Assembly (NCBI GenBank): GCA_031367385.1
Contig: JANLPS010000306.1
Span: 1 to 14,256, forward strand
Length of the DNA stretch: 14,256 bases
Reading direction: 5' to 3'
DNA from: Archangium sp.
GTDB lineage: Bacteria; Myxococcota; Myxococcia; Myxococcales; Myxococcaceae
Shown here: piece by piece, positions 1-7,546 of the stretch
Position numbering within the stretch: position 1 is the first letter of the stretch
How the letters are laid out: the number at the start of each line of letters is the position of its first letter
Made by a program: the position numbers and the translations under genes
The notes under the pieces: model-generated
What the model saw: the letters and a program-made list of their open reading frames with translations, nothing else
Told to the model about the DNA's origin: nothing
Databases searched by the model: none

Positions 1-56
1 CCGTAATTCTCGGGCAGTGCGAGCGGAACTGTCACCAAGGCATCGGCAAGGCGCAT
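1..56 (-). CDS. 5' end of a gene running off the window (MRLADALVTVPLALPENY...), product unknown
   Basis: ATG at 56-54 with AAGGAG Shine-Dalgarno at 70-65 (8-nt spacing); frame is open to the window edge. Only 18 codons are visible. Confidence 0.4.
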   Translation of the reverse strand, partial: MRLADALVTVPLALPENY

Positions 57-58
57 CG

Positions 59-84
59 GGCGATCTCCTTACTTCGAGATCGCC
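59..84 (-). promoter_or_regulatory. Perfect 9-bp hairpin covering the Shine-Dalgarno of the downstream gene
   Basis: Minus strand reads GGCGATCTC-GAAGTAAG-GAGATCGCC, followed directly by CG-ATG. Confidence 0.45.
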
Positions 85-142
85 GCACTATGATCCTCCC
101 TACGGCCCGCACAACCGTTCCGTTATCTGATCGGCATTGGAT

Positions 143-1018
143 TTAGCGCCACGAGGCGAGCAGCGCCCGAACCGTCGAGACGAACGCCAGCGGCTGATCG
201 AGAATCACGTGGTGGTGAGCTTGAGGTATTTCGATCATCGGCGCGGGGTGTCGCAGCCAGCTCGTCAGCAGCTGCGCCATCTCGGCGGTGAGCACCTGGC
301 TGAGCTCTCCGCGCATCACCGCCAGCCGGCACTGCAGCGAACCCAAAGAGGTCTGCATCTGATCGAGCGAGACCGCGTCGAAGATGGTGGGGTCGAACTT
401 CCACGACCAGCCGCCGGGCACCTCGCCCAATGACGTGCGCGCGATGAAGCGCATGATGAATTCGTTTTCGCAGGGCTGCGATGGCAAGAGCCGAAAGCGT
501 GCGAGCGCCGCGTCGAGCGTTGGGTAGACCTTGTGCGGCTTCGAGCGGGGCGCCTGTTCACCGTCTTGCTTCGGCTTCGTTCGCGGCATCGAATCGACCA
601 CGATTGCGCCTGCGAGCGCGTCTCCATGCACCGCGGCGGTGGTGATGCTGATCAGCCCGCCCAGGCTGTGGCCGATGACCACTGGCGGCACAGCGAAGTG
701 GGCCTCGCGTATGACCGCGGCGACCTCAGCGGCCCAGCCCTCGAGCAGGTAGGTTTCGCGACGCCCGCTGTCTCCGTGCCCGCTCAAATCAAGGGCGACC
801 ACGTCATGGGTCTGCTCGAAGAAGGGAGCCAAGAAGCGCCACCACTGAGCATGGGCCGCGCCGCCGTGAATGAAGACCAACCCTGGTGCTCCGCGTAGGC
901 CCCAGCGCAAGAAGTGAATCGGGCAGCCGTCGACCGAGACCGTGCCGTGCGTGGGAGTCACGGCGAGCGCGCGCTCGAACCACCCCGGGGCAGCCACCTC
1001 GATGTTGGAGTCGCTCAT
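143..1018 (-). CDS. Alpha/beta fold hydrolase
   Basis: FIHGG oxyanion motif, DLSGHGDS, nucleophile elbow GHSLGG, C-terminal catalytic His region AHHHVILDQP. ATG 1018 chosen as start; GTG 1039 is possible. Confidence 0.92.
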   Translation of the reverse strand: MSDSNIEVAAPGWFERALAVTPTHGTVSVDGCPIHFLRWGLRGAPGLVFIHGGAAHAQWWRFLAPFFEQTHDVVALDLSGHGDSGRRETYLLEGWAAEVAAVIREAHFAVPPVVIGHSLGGLISITTAAVHGDALAGAIVVDSMPRTKPKQDGEQAPRSKPHKVYPTLDAALARFRLLPSQPCENEFIMRFIARTSLGEVPGGWSWKFDPTIFDAVSLDQMQTSLGSLQCRLAVMRGELSQVLTAEMAQLLTSWLRHPAPMIEIPQAHHHVILDQPLAFVSTVRALLASWR

Positions 1019-1140
1019 TTCGGGACCAGACCCTTTCACCCGCCGACCGGGGGGCCTAGCGCCATCACACCGGGGCCGAAGGCATTTGCGACGCGGTTGG
1101 CCGCGACGAAACCGTGCCCTTTGAGTAGAAACGAGCAGCC

Positions 1141-1668
1141 ATGTGCTTCGTTCGATCTCTTTGTCTCGCTGCGATGATCTTCTCTGGGCCGGTCTTGGCT
1201 GGAGGCGTCACCTTCGGGCCACACGACGTCGAAACGGTGTTCGCGATCGGCAAGAGCGACGACGGCAACCAGTTTCAGTACGCGCTGCGCCTCGAACCCG
1301 ACTGCACCATCTCGATGAAAGAACCGGTCTTCGGCTACTGGCGCGAGTACGACAAGGGCCCGAACAAATTGGTGCAGATGGGCTGGCTCGACGGGTTCGG
1401 CTACGGCATCGACAAGCAGAAGGTCAACGCCGACAAGACCGGGCTCACGATGAGCATCAAGACCGCCGCGACCCGGGTGATTGAAATCATCGCCAAGCGG
1501 GTCGGAGAGCGCTGCGAGGCCACCGCCTACACGCCCATCAACGGCAAGCGCGCGCAGCTCAAGTTGATCTTCGTGCAGCTCTCCGGGCCGCTCTCGGTCT
1601 CTTCGGTCGCGATTCGCGGCGTCGATGCGGCGACGGGTGAGGCACTGGTCGAGCGCGTGATGCAGTAA
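1141..1668 (+). CDS. Exported DUF4833-like protein
   Basis: N-terminal signal peptide ending in VLA; the pattern F.I.KS...N...Y.L.L...C......PV..YW....GYGI resembles DUF4833; strong GC3 codon bias. Confidence 0.75.
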   Translation: MCFVRSLCLAAMIFSGPVLAGGVTFGPHDVETVFAIGKSDDGNQFQYALRLEPDCTISMKEPVFGYWREYDKGPNKLVQMGWLDGFGYGIDKQKVNADKTGLTMSIKTAATRVIEIIAKRVGERCEATAYTPINGKRAQLKLIFVQLSGPLSVSSVAIRGVDAATGEALVERVMQ

Positions 1669-1720
1669 CGCCTGCGGACGGCTGCGTTCCGCTCCCTTCA
1701 AGAAATTCGAGCCTTTGCGG

Positions 1721-1736
1721 CGGTCTGCGTTTTGCT
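1721..1736 (+). promoter_or_regulatory. Putative sigma54 -24/-12 promoter
   Basis: CGGTCT-GCGTT-TTGCT (GG-N10-GC, perfect -12, weak -24); the -12 C is 35 nt before ATG 1770. Confidence 0.45.
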
Positions 1737-1769
1737 CAAGCGCCCGGCCCAACCCGAAGGAGGCAACAC

Positions 1770-2558
1770 ATGAAGCGAATTGGTGCGGTGGGCATTCAGG
1801 CGACGTCATTTCACGGCTGCGAACCGGTGCCGGTGCAGCAGCAGCAGCAGGGGGGCCCGAACGGCAACTGGCGGTCGTGCGGCGACCAGTTCGAAGGGCA
1901 CCAGCCGCAGGCCGTGGTGCAGAAGCCGATGGCGCCCCCTGGGCAGCAGCCGCCGAGGCCGCTCGGCTCGGGCCCGAAGCGGTATGCATCGCGGCTCCCT
2001 GTGTGGGGCACCGGCAGGCGTCAGACCATTCAGACGCAGCTTCGCCCGTCGAAGCGCTTCACCTTGCCCGATGAGGTCGTGAGCTGCGCGAGGGCGCATG
2101 GTCTGCGAGCAGAGCTCAAGACCGGTGCATCGATCAAAGACGTGCAGTCGATGATCGACCAAGGCGCTCAACCGATTGTGCTGCTCGACTCCGATGGGTC
2201 GGGCACCAAGCCGCGCTACGCCACGGTGACTGACTACGCGGTCGATGAGAAGCGGCACATCTCGAGCGTGGTGCTCACCGACAACGCGACTGGCTTGAAG
2301 CGGAGGGTGCCGGTCGAGCAGATGATGCGCGAGTGGCGCCAGCCTGCTGGGAGCGAGACGGGCTCCAGGGTGTTGATCTCGGTGGTGCCCCAGGGGAGCC
2401 AGGAGATCTGCGGGCGCGATGGGGTGCACAGGCCAGCGAGCGACGTCTTGCTCCCGACCTCGAGGTATTCGATCAACACCCTCGGGCCGATGATGAATCG
2501 CTCTGCCGCCGACATCACCAGCGCCATGGGTGTTCACGCCCCCGACGACGAAGGGTGA
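1770..2558 (+). CDS. C39 peptidase-like protein, probably catalytically inactive, with a Q/P-rich N-terminus
   Basis: Strong RBS AAGGAGG. The segment FTLPDEVVSCARAHGLRAELK..ASIKDVQSMIDQGAQPIVLLD...RYATVTDY...VVLTDNATG....VEQMMREW follows the C39 fold pattern, but the expected Cys and His read Ser and Arg. Confidence 0.6.
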   Translation: MKRIGAVGIQATSFHGCEPVPVQQQQQGGPNGNWRSCGDQFEGHQPQAVVQKPMAPPGQQPPRPLGSGPKRYASRLPVWGTGRRQTIQTQLRPSKRFTLPDEVVSCARAHGLRAELKTGASIKDVQSMIDQGAQPIVLLDSDGSGTKPRYATVTDYAVDEKRHISSVVLTDNATGLKRRVPVEQMMREWRQPAGSETGSRVLISVVPQGSQEICGRDGVHRPASDVLLPTSRYSINTLGPMMNRSAADITSAMGVHAPDDEG

Positions 2559-2569
2559 CTTCACCCTTC
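2550..2569. repeat. Perfect 9-bp inverted repeat at the stop codon of the 1770 gene
   Basis: GAAGGGTGA-CT-TCACCCTTC; no U-tract follows. Confidence 0.6.
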
Positions 2570-2636
2570 ACCTGGTTGACGCGTGGCCCCTCGAACTGGG
2601 CCACCCCTCGTCGGCGCTTCGCGATACGAAGGCGGC

Positions 2637-3647
2637 GTGGAGCCGCTCGTCACCATCGCCTTGCTGGTTGTCAGCGCAGTCGCGATCTACTTCTCGTGCG
2701 AGCTCTTCGTGAACGGTGTCGAGTGGGTCGGTCACAAAGCCGGAGTCGCCAAGACCGCCGTCGGCACGGTGCTCGCCGCCTTTGGCACCGCGTTGCCCGA
2801 GAGCGTGGTGACGTTGATCGCCGTCGCGGTGAGCAAGCACCCTGATTCAAAAGCCATCGGCGTCGGTGCGGCCCTGGGCGGGCCCCTGGTGCTCGGCACC
2901 ATTGCCTACGCGGTCGTCGGCGCGGTGATGTGGCTCTCGTCGAAGCGGGCGGGCGCGAGAACGCTGGGTATCGACTCCAGGCGGCTGGCGCGAGATCAGG
3001 GCTGGTTTCTGATCATCTTCTTCTTCAAGGTCGCACTCGGGCTGGTGGCGTTCAGCTTCAAGCCCTGGCTCGGCATCGTCTTCTTGCTGGCCTACGCGAC
3101 CTACGTGTGGGTCGAGATGCGCACCACAGAGGCCACCGAAGTCGAGACGCTCGAGCCGCTGACCTTTCGCAAGCACACCGCTGACCCGACCCTGGGGTGG
3201 GCGCTGGCGCAGACGGGCTTCGCGCTGCTGATCATCTTCGGGGCCTCGCAGCTGTTCGTGCATCAACTCGAGGCGCTCGGGCCCTGGCTCGGGTTGTCGC
3301 CGACGGTGACTGCCTTGCTGCTCAGCCCGATAGCGACCGAGTTGCCCGAGACGATGAACGCGATCATCTGGGTGCGCCAGGGCAAGGAGCGGCTCGCCCT
3401 CGCCAACATCAGCGGCGCGATGATGATTCAGGCGACCGTGCCCAGCGCGTTCGGTCTCTTCTTCACTCCGTGGCTGTTCGATTCGGCGCTCTTGCTCGCC
3501 GCCGCGGTGACGATGATCTCGGTGGTGGGGCTGTTTCTGTTGCTGCGGCGAAACGCGCTCCGCCCGGCGTTGCTGACCTGCTTCGCGGGGTTCTACCTGC
3601 TGTTCGCGGTGGCGCTGCACTTCTTGGAGCGCCGGCCTCAGTCATAA
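2637..3647 (+). CDS. CaCA-family sodium:calcium (cation) antiporter
   Basis: About 10 hydrophobic segments; alpha-1 repeat AAFGTALPE, alpha-2 repeat SPIATELPE, and ALANISGAMMIQ. GTG 2637 follows GAAGG and is preferred over 2583. Confidence 0.92.
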   Translation: MEPLVTIALLVVSAVAIYFSCELFVNGVEWVGHKAGVAKTAVGTVLAAFGTALPESVVTLIAVAVSKHPDSKAIGVGAALGGPLVLGTIAYAVVGAVMWLSSKRAGARTLGIDSRRLARDQGWFLIIFFFKVALGLVAFSFKPWLGIVFLLAYATYVWVEMRTTEATEVETLEPLTFRKHTADPTLGWALAQTGFALLIIFGASQLFVHQLEALGPWLGLSPTVTALLLSPIATELPETMNAIIWVRQGKERLALANISGAMMIQATVPSAFGLFFTPWLFDSALLLAAAVTMISVVGLFLLLRRNALRPALLTCFAGFYLLFAVALHFLERRPQS

Positions 3648-3786
3648 GCGCGCATATCGAGCCCGTGGCGAGACGCGATGTTGAATGGGGCCGCTGACCA
3701 GCATGACGGTCGACCCTGCCCATTGCCATGGGCACTGAGGCGCGCGTGTCTGAGTCTGAGGGCGCGATTTCACTGGCAAGTGCCGC

Positions 3787-3802
3787 TGGCCCGCTTGGTG
3801 CT
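3787..3802 (+). promoter_or_regulatory. Putative sigma54 -24/-12 promoter
   Basis: TGGCCC-GCTTG-GTGCT; the -12 C is 33 nt before ATG 3834. Confidence 0.5.
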
Positions 3803-3833
3803 TTGCCCCCCTGCAGACCCGGAGAACATCGAC

Positions 3834-4406
3834 ATGAAGAGTCGTTCGGCCGCCGCTGTGCAGACCTTTGCTTCGTCCTATGCAGCGTCACGGGCTCCGG
3901 CGTCACATCGCCCCGTTCGAGCCCGGCCCAGGCCGCTCTTCGCCGTTGGTGACGTGCAGGCGGCGGCGGGCCTGATGCTCTTTCGCCGCTCCCAGGCCTC
4001 AGTTGAAGTCTTGCTCGCGCACCCGGGCGGGCCACTCTTCGCCTCGAAAGACATCTGGGCGCTGCCCAAAGGCGACGTACGCGAAGACGAGGGCCCGCTG
4101 GCGGCTGCACGCCGCGAATTCGAGCGCTCGCTGGGGGCCAAGGCGCCCAGCGGCGCACTCCACGACCTGGGCTTCGTCAACACCCGATCAGGCCTGGTCA
4201 TCTACGCATGGGGCATCGAGGGCAGCTTCGACCCCCATGACGTGCGCAGCACCATGACCGAGCTCGAGTGGCCTCCAGTCTCGGGCAACACGCAGCGCTT
4301 CCCCGAGGTTGACCGTGTCGCGTGGTTCGACCTCGACCTCGCGCATCACCGTATCAGCCCCTCGCAGAGGCCGTTCTTGCAACGGCTCGGCACCGCGTTG
4401 CGATGA
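3834..4406 (+). CDS. Nudix-fold protein (HPGGP / EWPP..G...FPEVDR subfamily) with a degenerate Nudix box
   Basis: AGLMLFRR, VLLAHPGGP, WALPKG, AAARREF, EWPPVSG, FPEVDRVAWF; GGAGA RBS at 3821-3825 before ATG 3834. Confidence 0.88.
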   Translation: MKSRSAAAVQTFASSYAASRAPASHRPVRARPRPLFAVGDVQAAAGLMLFRRSQASVEVLLAHPGGPLFASKDIWALPKGDVREDEGPLAAARREFERSLGAKAPSGALHDLGFVNTRSGLVIYAWGIEGSFDPHDVRSTMTELEWPPVSGNTQRFPEVDRVAWFDLDLAHHRISPSQRPFLQRLGTALR

Positions 4407-4423
4407 CTTTGAAACCGGAGGTG

Positions 4424-4461
4424 GGCCGACAACGCTCGACTCCTGCAAGCGTTGGTCGGCC
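4424..4461. terminator. Hairpin between convergent genes, possible terminator
   Basis: GGCCGACAACGCT-(11 nt)-AGCGTT-G-GTCGGCC: 13-bp stem with one bulge, lying between stops at 4406 and 4483; no U-tract. Confidence 0.5.
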
Positions 4462-4482
4462 GAAGGGCCGTGGTGCTGAAGC

Positions 4483-4992
4483 CTACTTCCGAGCCTTCAC
4501 GTCTTTCTCGAGCGTCTCGACCATCGCGAGGTGGTGCTTGAGCGTCGGCAGGGTCTTCTCGGCCCAGGCCTTGAGCTCTGAGTCATCGCCGCCCTTCGCT
4601 TCTTTCTCGAAGAGCTTCACGGTCTTCTTGTGATCATCGAGCAGCACCGACATGTATTCTTTGTCGAACTTCTTCGCGTCGAGCTTGGTCAGGTCGTCGT
4701 ATTTTTTCTGCGCCGCCTTGGGCACCTCGGCCGGCACTGGTACTGACTTGGTCGTCGCGAGCGCCTTGAGCTCATCATTCGCCTTGGTGTGATCAGTCAC
4801 CATGCTGTGAGCCAGTTCTTTGACCGCGGGGTCGGTGCTCTTCTCGAGCGCGAGCTGCGAGAGCTTGACCTCGGCCATGCCTCCGCCGCCGGCCTCTTCG
4901 ACGAACTTGCCGTCTTTCGGCTCAGCGCCGAACGAGACCACCGAGACCACTGCCGATGCCATCACTGCTTTGAAGCCGAACGAAAGACGCAT
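4483..4992 (-). CDS. DUF4142 domain exported protein (ferritin-like fold, stress-associated)
   Basis: Signal peptide; D.KFV.EA..GGMAEV.LSQLA...MVTDHTKAN.EL...FDKEY...DHKKTV.LF...LK.WA.KTLPTL.HHL; GAGGAG RBS before ATG 4992. Confidence 0.93.
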   Translation of the reverse strand: MRLSFGFKAVMASAVVSVVSFGAEPKDGKFVEEAGGGGMAEVKLSQLALEKSTDPAVKELAHSMVTDHTKANDELKALATTKSVPVPAEVPKAAQKKYDDLTKLDAKKFDKEYMSVLLDDHKKTVKLFEKEAKGGDDSELKAWAEKTLPTLKHHLAMVETLEKDVKARK

Positions 4993-5028
4993 GACGCTCT
5001 CCTCAGAAAAGGGTGAACGCCGCCAAAG

Positions 5029-5044
5029 AGCAGTCACCATGCCA
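5029..5044 (-). promoter_or_regulatory. Putative sigma54 -24/-12 promoter
   Basis: TGGCAT-GGTGA-CTGCT; the -12 C is 38 nt before ATG 4992. Confidence 0.6.
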
Positions 5045-5140
5045 GCGGCCCCGCCCGGTGAAGGCGCGACATCGGTGTCTTCGGCCCGACACAAAATGCA
5101 GGGCGCGTGGCACGCCGAACCAGATCGCCACATCAAGAGG

Positions 5141-5830
5141 TTAAGCGGCGAATGACGGTTGTTGAGGCCTTGCGTCAGGCGTCATCACCTCGCCCATGCC
5201 GGCGACCAGCGGCACGAAGCGCACCTCAATCAGCCGTTCGCGGGTAAAGCCGCTGGGGGTACGGGTGAGGCGCATCAGGGTTTGTGCGTACTGATCACCC
5301 ACCGGCATCACCAGGCGGCCGCCAATCGTCAGCTGCCGCAACAGCGCGTCTGGCACCCGGGCGCCCGCAGCCGCGACGGCGATGGCGTTGAACGGGCCCT
5401 CGAGGGGCAACCCCAGCGTGCCGTCGGCGAGGTGTACGTGCACGGTGCCGTACCCAAGCGCTCGCAGATTGTGTTGGGCGGTCATCGCAAGACGTTCATG
5501 GCGCTCGACGGTGTGCACCTGTGCGCCCAACATCGACAAGACCGCCGCAGCGTACCCAGAGCCCGTACCGACCTCGAGAATGCGGTCAGTTGGCCGAAGC
5601 TCGAGGGCTTGGCACATCAGCGCCACCACGTAGGGCTGCGAAATGGTCTGGCCGTTGCCAATCGACAGCGGGCCGTCGGCGTAGGCAAATTCGACAAGCG
5701 TTTCGGGCACAAAGACGTGTCGTGGCACCGCCGACATGGCCTCGAGCACGCGGAGGTCACTCACGCCGCGACCCGCCAGAGTACCCGCCACCATCAACCG
5801 CCGTTCGACCGCGAAGTGAGAGTCGTTCAT
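5141..5830 (-). CDS. pcm: Protein-L-isoaspartate(D-aspartate) O-methyltransferase
   Basis: VPRH.FVP, AY.D.PL.IG.GQTISQP, LEVGTGSGY.AAVL, GGRLV.PVG, VRFVPLV. Start is ATG 5830 or GTG 5851; the latter lies inside the putative promoter. Confidence 0.96.
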   Translation of the reverse strand: MNDSHFAVERRLMVAGTLAGRGVSDLRVLEAMSAVPRHVFVPETLVEFAYADGPLSIGNGQTISQPYVVALMCQALELRPTDRILEVGTGSGYAAAVLSMLGAQVHTVERHERLAMTAQHNLRALGYGTVHVHLADGTLGLPLEGPFNAIAVAAAGARVPDALLRQLTIGGRLVMPVGDQYAQTLMRLTRTPSGFTRERLIEVRFVPLVAGMGEVMTPDARPQQPSFAA

Positions 5831-5846
5831 AGCGGGCGAATGCAAT

Positions 5847-5862
5847 TGCACCTCTTACGCCA
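5847..5862 (-). promoter_or_regulatory. Putative sigma54 -24/-12 promoter overlapping the stop codon of the HxlR gene
   Basis: TGGCGT-AAGAG-GTGCA; the -12 C is 18 nt before ATG 5830. Confidence 0.5.
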
Positions 5863-6241
5863 AGGGGCGTTTTCGGGTGCGCGCGGGCTTGATCGCCAGG
5901 GGGTGCGGAGCGTGCGCCGAGCCCTTGGCCTCGACCCACTTCTCGGCCCAGCGGCCGATCTCTTCGAGCACCCCTGACAGCGCCTGGCCCTTGCCGGTGA
6001 GCCGGTACTCAACGCGAACCGGAGGCCCGGCGAGCACTTCACGCGCGACCACGCCCTCGGCCTCGAGCTCTTTGAGGCGCTCCGAGAGCATGCGCTCTGA
6101 CAGCGACGGTACCGCCTCGGCCAGCTCACTGAAGCGCCTGGGGCCCTCCATCAAGACCCGAATCATCAAGGCCGACCATCGTTTGCCGAGCAGGTCCATC
6201 GCTGCTTCAAAGCGAGGGCACATGGTGAATGAGTCGGTCAT
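5855..6241 (-). CDS. HxlR/DUF24-family winged-helix transcriptional regulator
   Basis: N-terminal CP motif, LLGKRW, GPRRFSEL, LSERLKELE..G.V.R, PP.RVEY.LT.KG..L; AGGAG RBS before ATG 6241. Confidence 0.94.
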   Translation of the reverse strand: MTDSFTMCPRFEAAMDLLGKRWSALMIRVLMEGPRRFSELAEAVPSLSERMLSERLKELEAEGVVAREVLAGPPVRVEYRLTGKGQALSGVLEEIGRWAEKWVEAKGSAHAPHPLAIKPARTRKRPLA

Positions 6242-6310
6242 TGGTCGGTGCTCCTGCGGCTCACGATAAGACCTCGCCGCCCCCGACGCCATGCGCAGGT
6301 ACGCTTTGTA

Positions 6311-6381
6311 GCTTACAAATAGAAAGTCACTTGCAAATAAGAAGTTGGTGGTTATGTTGCTGGCGCTAATCAAAAAGAAGC
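6311..6381. promoter_or_regulatory. Three imperfect 17-bp palindromic boxes (putative HxlR operators) overlapping a sigma70-like promoter
   Basis: GCTTACAAATAGAAAGT (6311), ACTTGCAAATAAGAAGT (6329), GCTAATCAAAAAGAAGC (6365); TTGCAA 6331-6336, 16-nt spacer, TATGTT 6353-6358. This is the most AT-rich stretch of the window. Confidence 0.6.
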
Positions 6382-6417
6382 GACCTTGCTTCCTCCAGCC
6401 AGAAAGAGAAAAACACC

Positions 6418-7008
6418 ATGAGCACCCAGACCCAATCGCAGAGCGCCCCCGCCGCCTCGCTGCCCCAGACGACGCCGCAAAACGCCACCACCTGGAAGAT
6501 CGACAGCTCGCACTCGGTCGCTCACTTCACCGTTCGCCACATGATGGTGACCAACGTGCGCGGTCAATTCTCGGGCGTCACCGGTTCGGTGAGCTTGACC
6601 CCCGACCTCAAGCTCAGCTCGGTGACGGCCACCATCGACGTCAGCACCGTCGACACCCGCGAGGCCAAGCGTGATGCGCACCTGCGCTCGCCTGACTTCT
6701 TCGACGTCGAGAAGTACCCGTCGATGGCGTTCGTCTCGAAGAGCATCGAGTCAGTCGAAGGCAACACCTTCAAGCTGCGCGGCGATCTGACCTTGCACGG
6801 CGTGACCAAAGAGCTGGTGCTCGAGGTCGAGCTGGCCGAGGGTGAGTCGAAAGACCCCTACGGCAACCTTCGCCGCGGCGCGCAGGCCACTATCAAGCTC
6901 AACCGCAAAGACTTCAACCTGGGGTGGAACGTGGTGCTCGAGACCGGCGGCATCGCGGTGAGCGACACCGTGAAGGTCGAGATCGAGCTCGCCCTGATCA
7001 AGGCCTGA
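6418..7008 (+). CDS. YceI-family polyisoprenoid-binding protein
   Basis: W.ID.SHS...F.VRHMM.T.VRG.F, DT....RD.HLRS.DFFDVEKYP...F.S, G.LTLHGVTK, NRKDF.LGWN; no obvious signal peptide. Confidence 0.95.
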   Translation: MSTQTQSQSAPAASLPQTTPQNATTWKIDSSHSVAHFTVRHMMVTNVRGQFSGVTGSVSLTPDLKLSSVTATIDVSTVDTREAKRDAHLRSPDFFDVEKYPSMAFVSKSIESVEGNTFKLRGDLTLHGVTKELVLEVELAEGESKDPYGNLRRGAQATIKLNRKDFNLGWNVVLETGGIAVSDTVKVEIELALIKA

Positions 7009-7058
7009 GTGCCCCTGTTTCAGCCGAGGCCCTCGTGTGCGGCGGGGTACCCATCGTA

Positions 7059-7074
7059 AGGTACACCGGTTGCA
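7059..7074 (+). promoter_or_regulatory. Putative sigma54 -24/-12 promoter
   Basis: AGGTAC-ACCGG-TTGCA; the -12 C is 14 nt before GTG 7087. Confidence 0.5.
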
Positions 7075-7086
7075 CTTAAGGGCCTC

Positions 7087-7500
7087 GTGACTGTTCATGC
7101 CGTTCGTCGTGTGCCCAGGGTCGCCTTGGCCGAAGATGACGATATTCAACGCGTGCTGCTCGAAGAGGCGCTTCGCCTCGAGGGCTTCGACGTCATCACC
7201 TTCGAAGACGGCCTCGAGCTCACCGACTACTTCGGTTTGCCTCCGACGCAGGTGCGGTGGCCCGACGCGATTGTCACCGACGTGAACATGCCGGGCAGCA
7301 CCGGGCTCGAGGCCGCAGCCCTGGCTCGAAGCAAGGGGTTCACCGCCCCCATTTTTGTCGTGACCGGGTCATCAGACCCGAAATACCCCGAGCAAGCGGC
7401 CAAGCTTGGCAACACCATGCTCTTCGCAAAGCCCCTCGACGTCGAAGCCCTGGCACAGGCCATCTGGCACTTGACGCGAGCGGTCGCGCACGACGAGTAG
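7087..7500 (+). CDS. Single-domain (CheY-like) response regulator
   Basis: LAEDD acidic pocket, phosphoacceptor in VTDVNMPG, VVTG, AKP; no output domain. The start could be GTG 7111. Confidence 0.92.
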   Translation: MTVHAVRRVPRVALAEDDDIQRVLLEEALRLEGFDVITFEDGLELTDYFGLPPTQVRWPDAIVTDVNMPGSTGLEAAALARSKGFTAPIFVVTGSSDPKYPEQAAKLGNTMLFAKPLDVEALAQAIWHLTRAVAHDE

Positions 7501-7514
7501 GCAGCCCAAATGCC

Positions 7515-7545
7515 ACAACCCTGCCACTGGGTGTGGCGAGGTTGT
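7515..7545. terminator. Imperfect hairpin between convergent genes
   Basis: ACAACC-CT-GCCAC-tgggt-GTGGC-GA-GGTTGT between stops at 7500 and 7547. Confidence 0.45.
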
Positions 7546-7546
7546 T

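Noticed and set aside
1836..1856. (CAG)5 plus a G-run as a phase-variation tract
   Set aside because: The triplet repeat is in frame (poly-Gln) and both tracts are too short to support contingency switching.
5098..5113. Second sigma54-like element upstream of DUF4142 (TGCCAC-GCGCC-CTGCA, minus strand)
   Set aside because: Lacks the invariant -24 GG; a better match lies at 5029-5044.
6242..6373. N-terminal extension of the HxlR ORF (likewise extensions of Nudix to 3678, DUF4142 to 5136 and the hypothetical to 8334)
   Set aside because: The extensions run through promoter or intergenic DNA; the internal ATGs fit the domain starts and mostly have clear RBSs.
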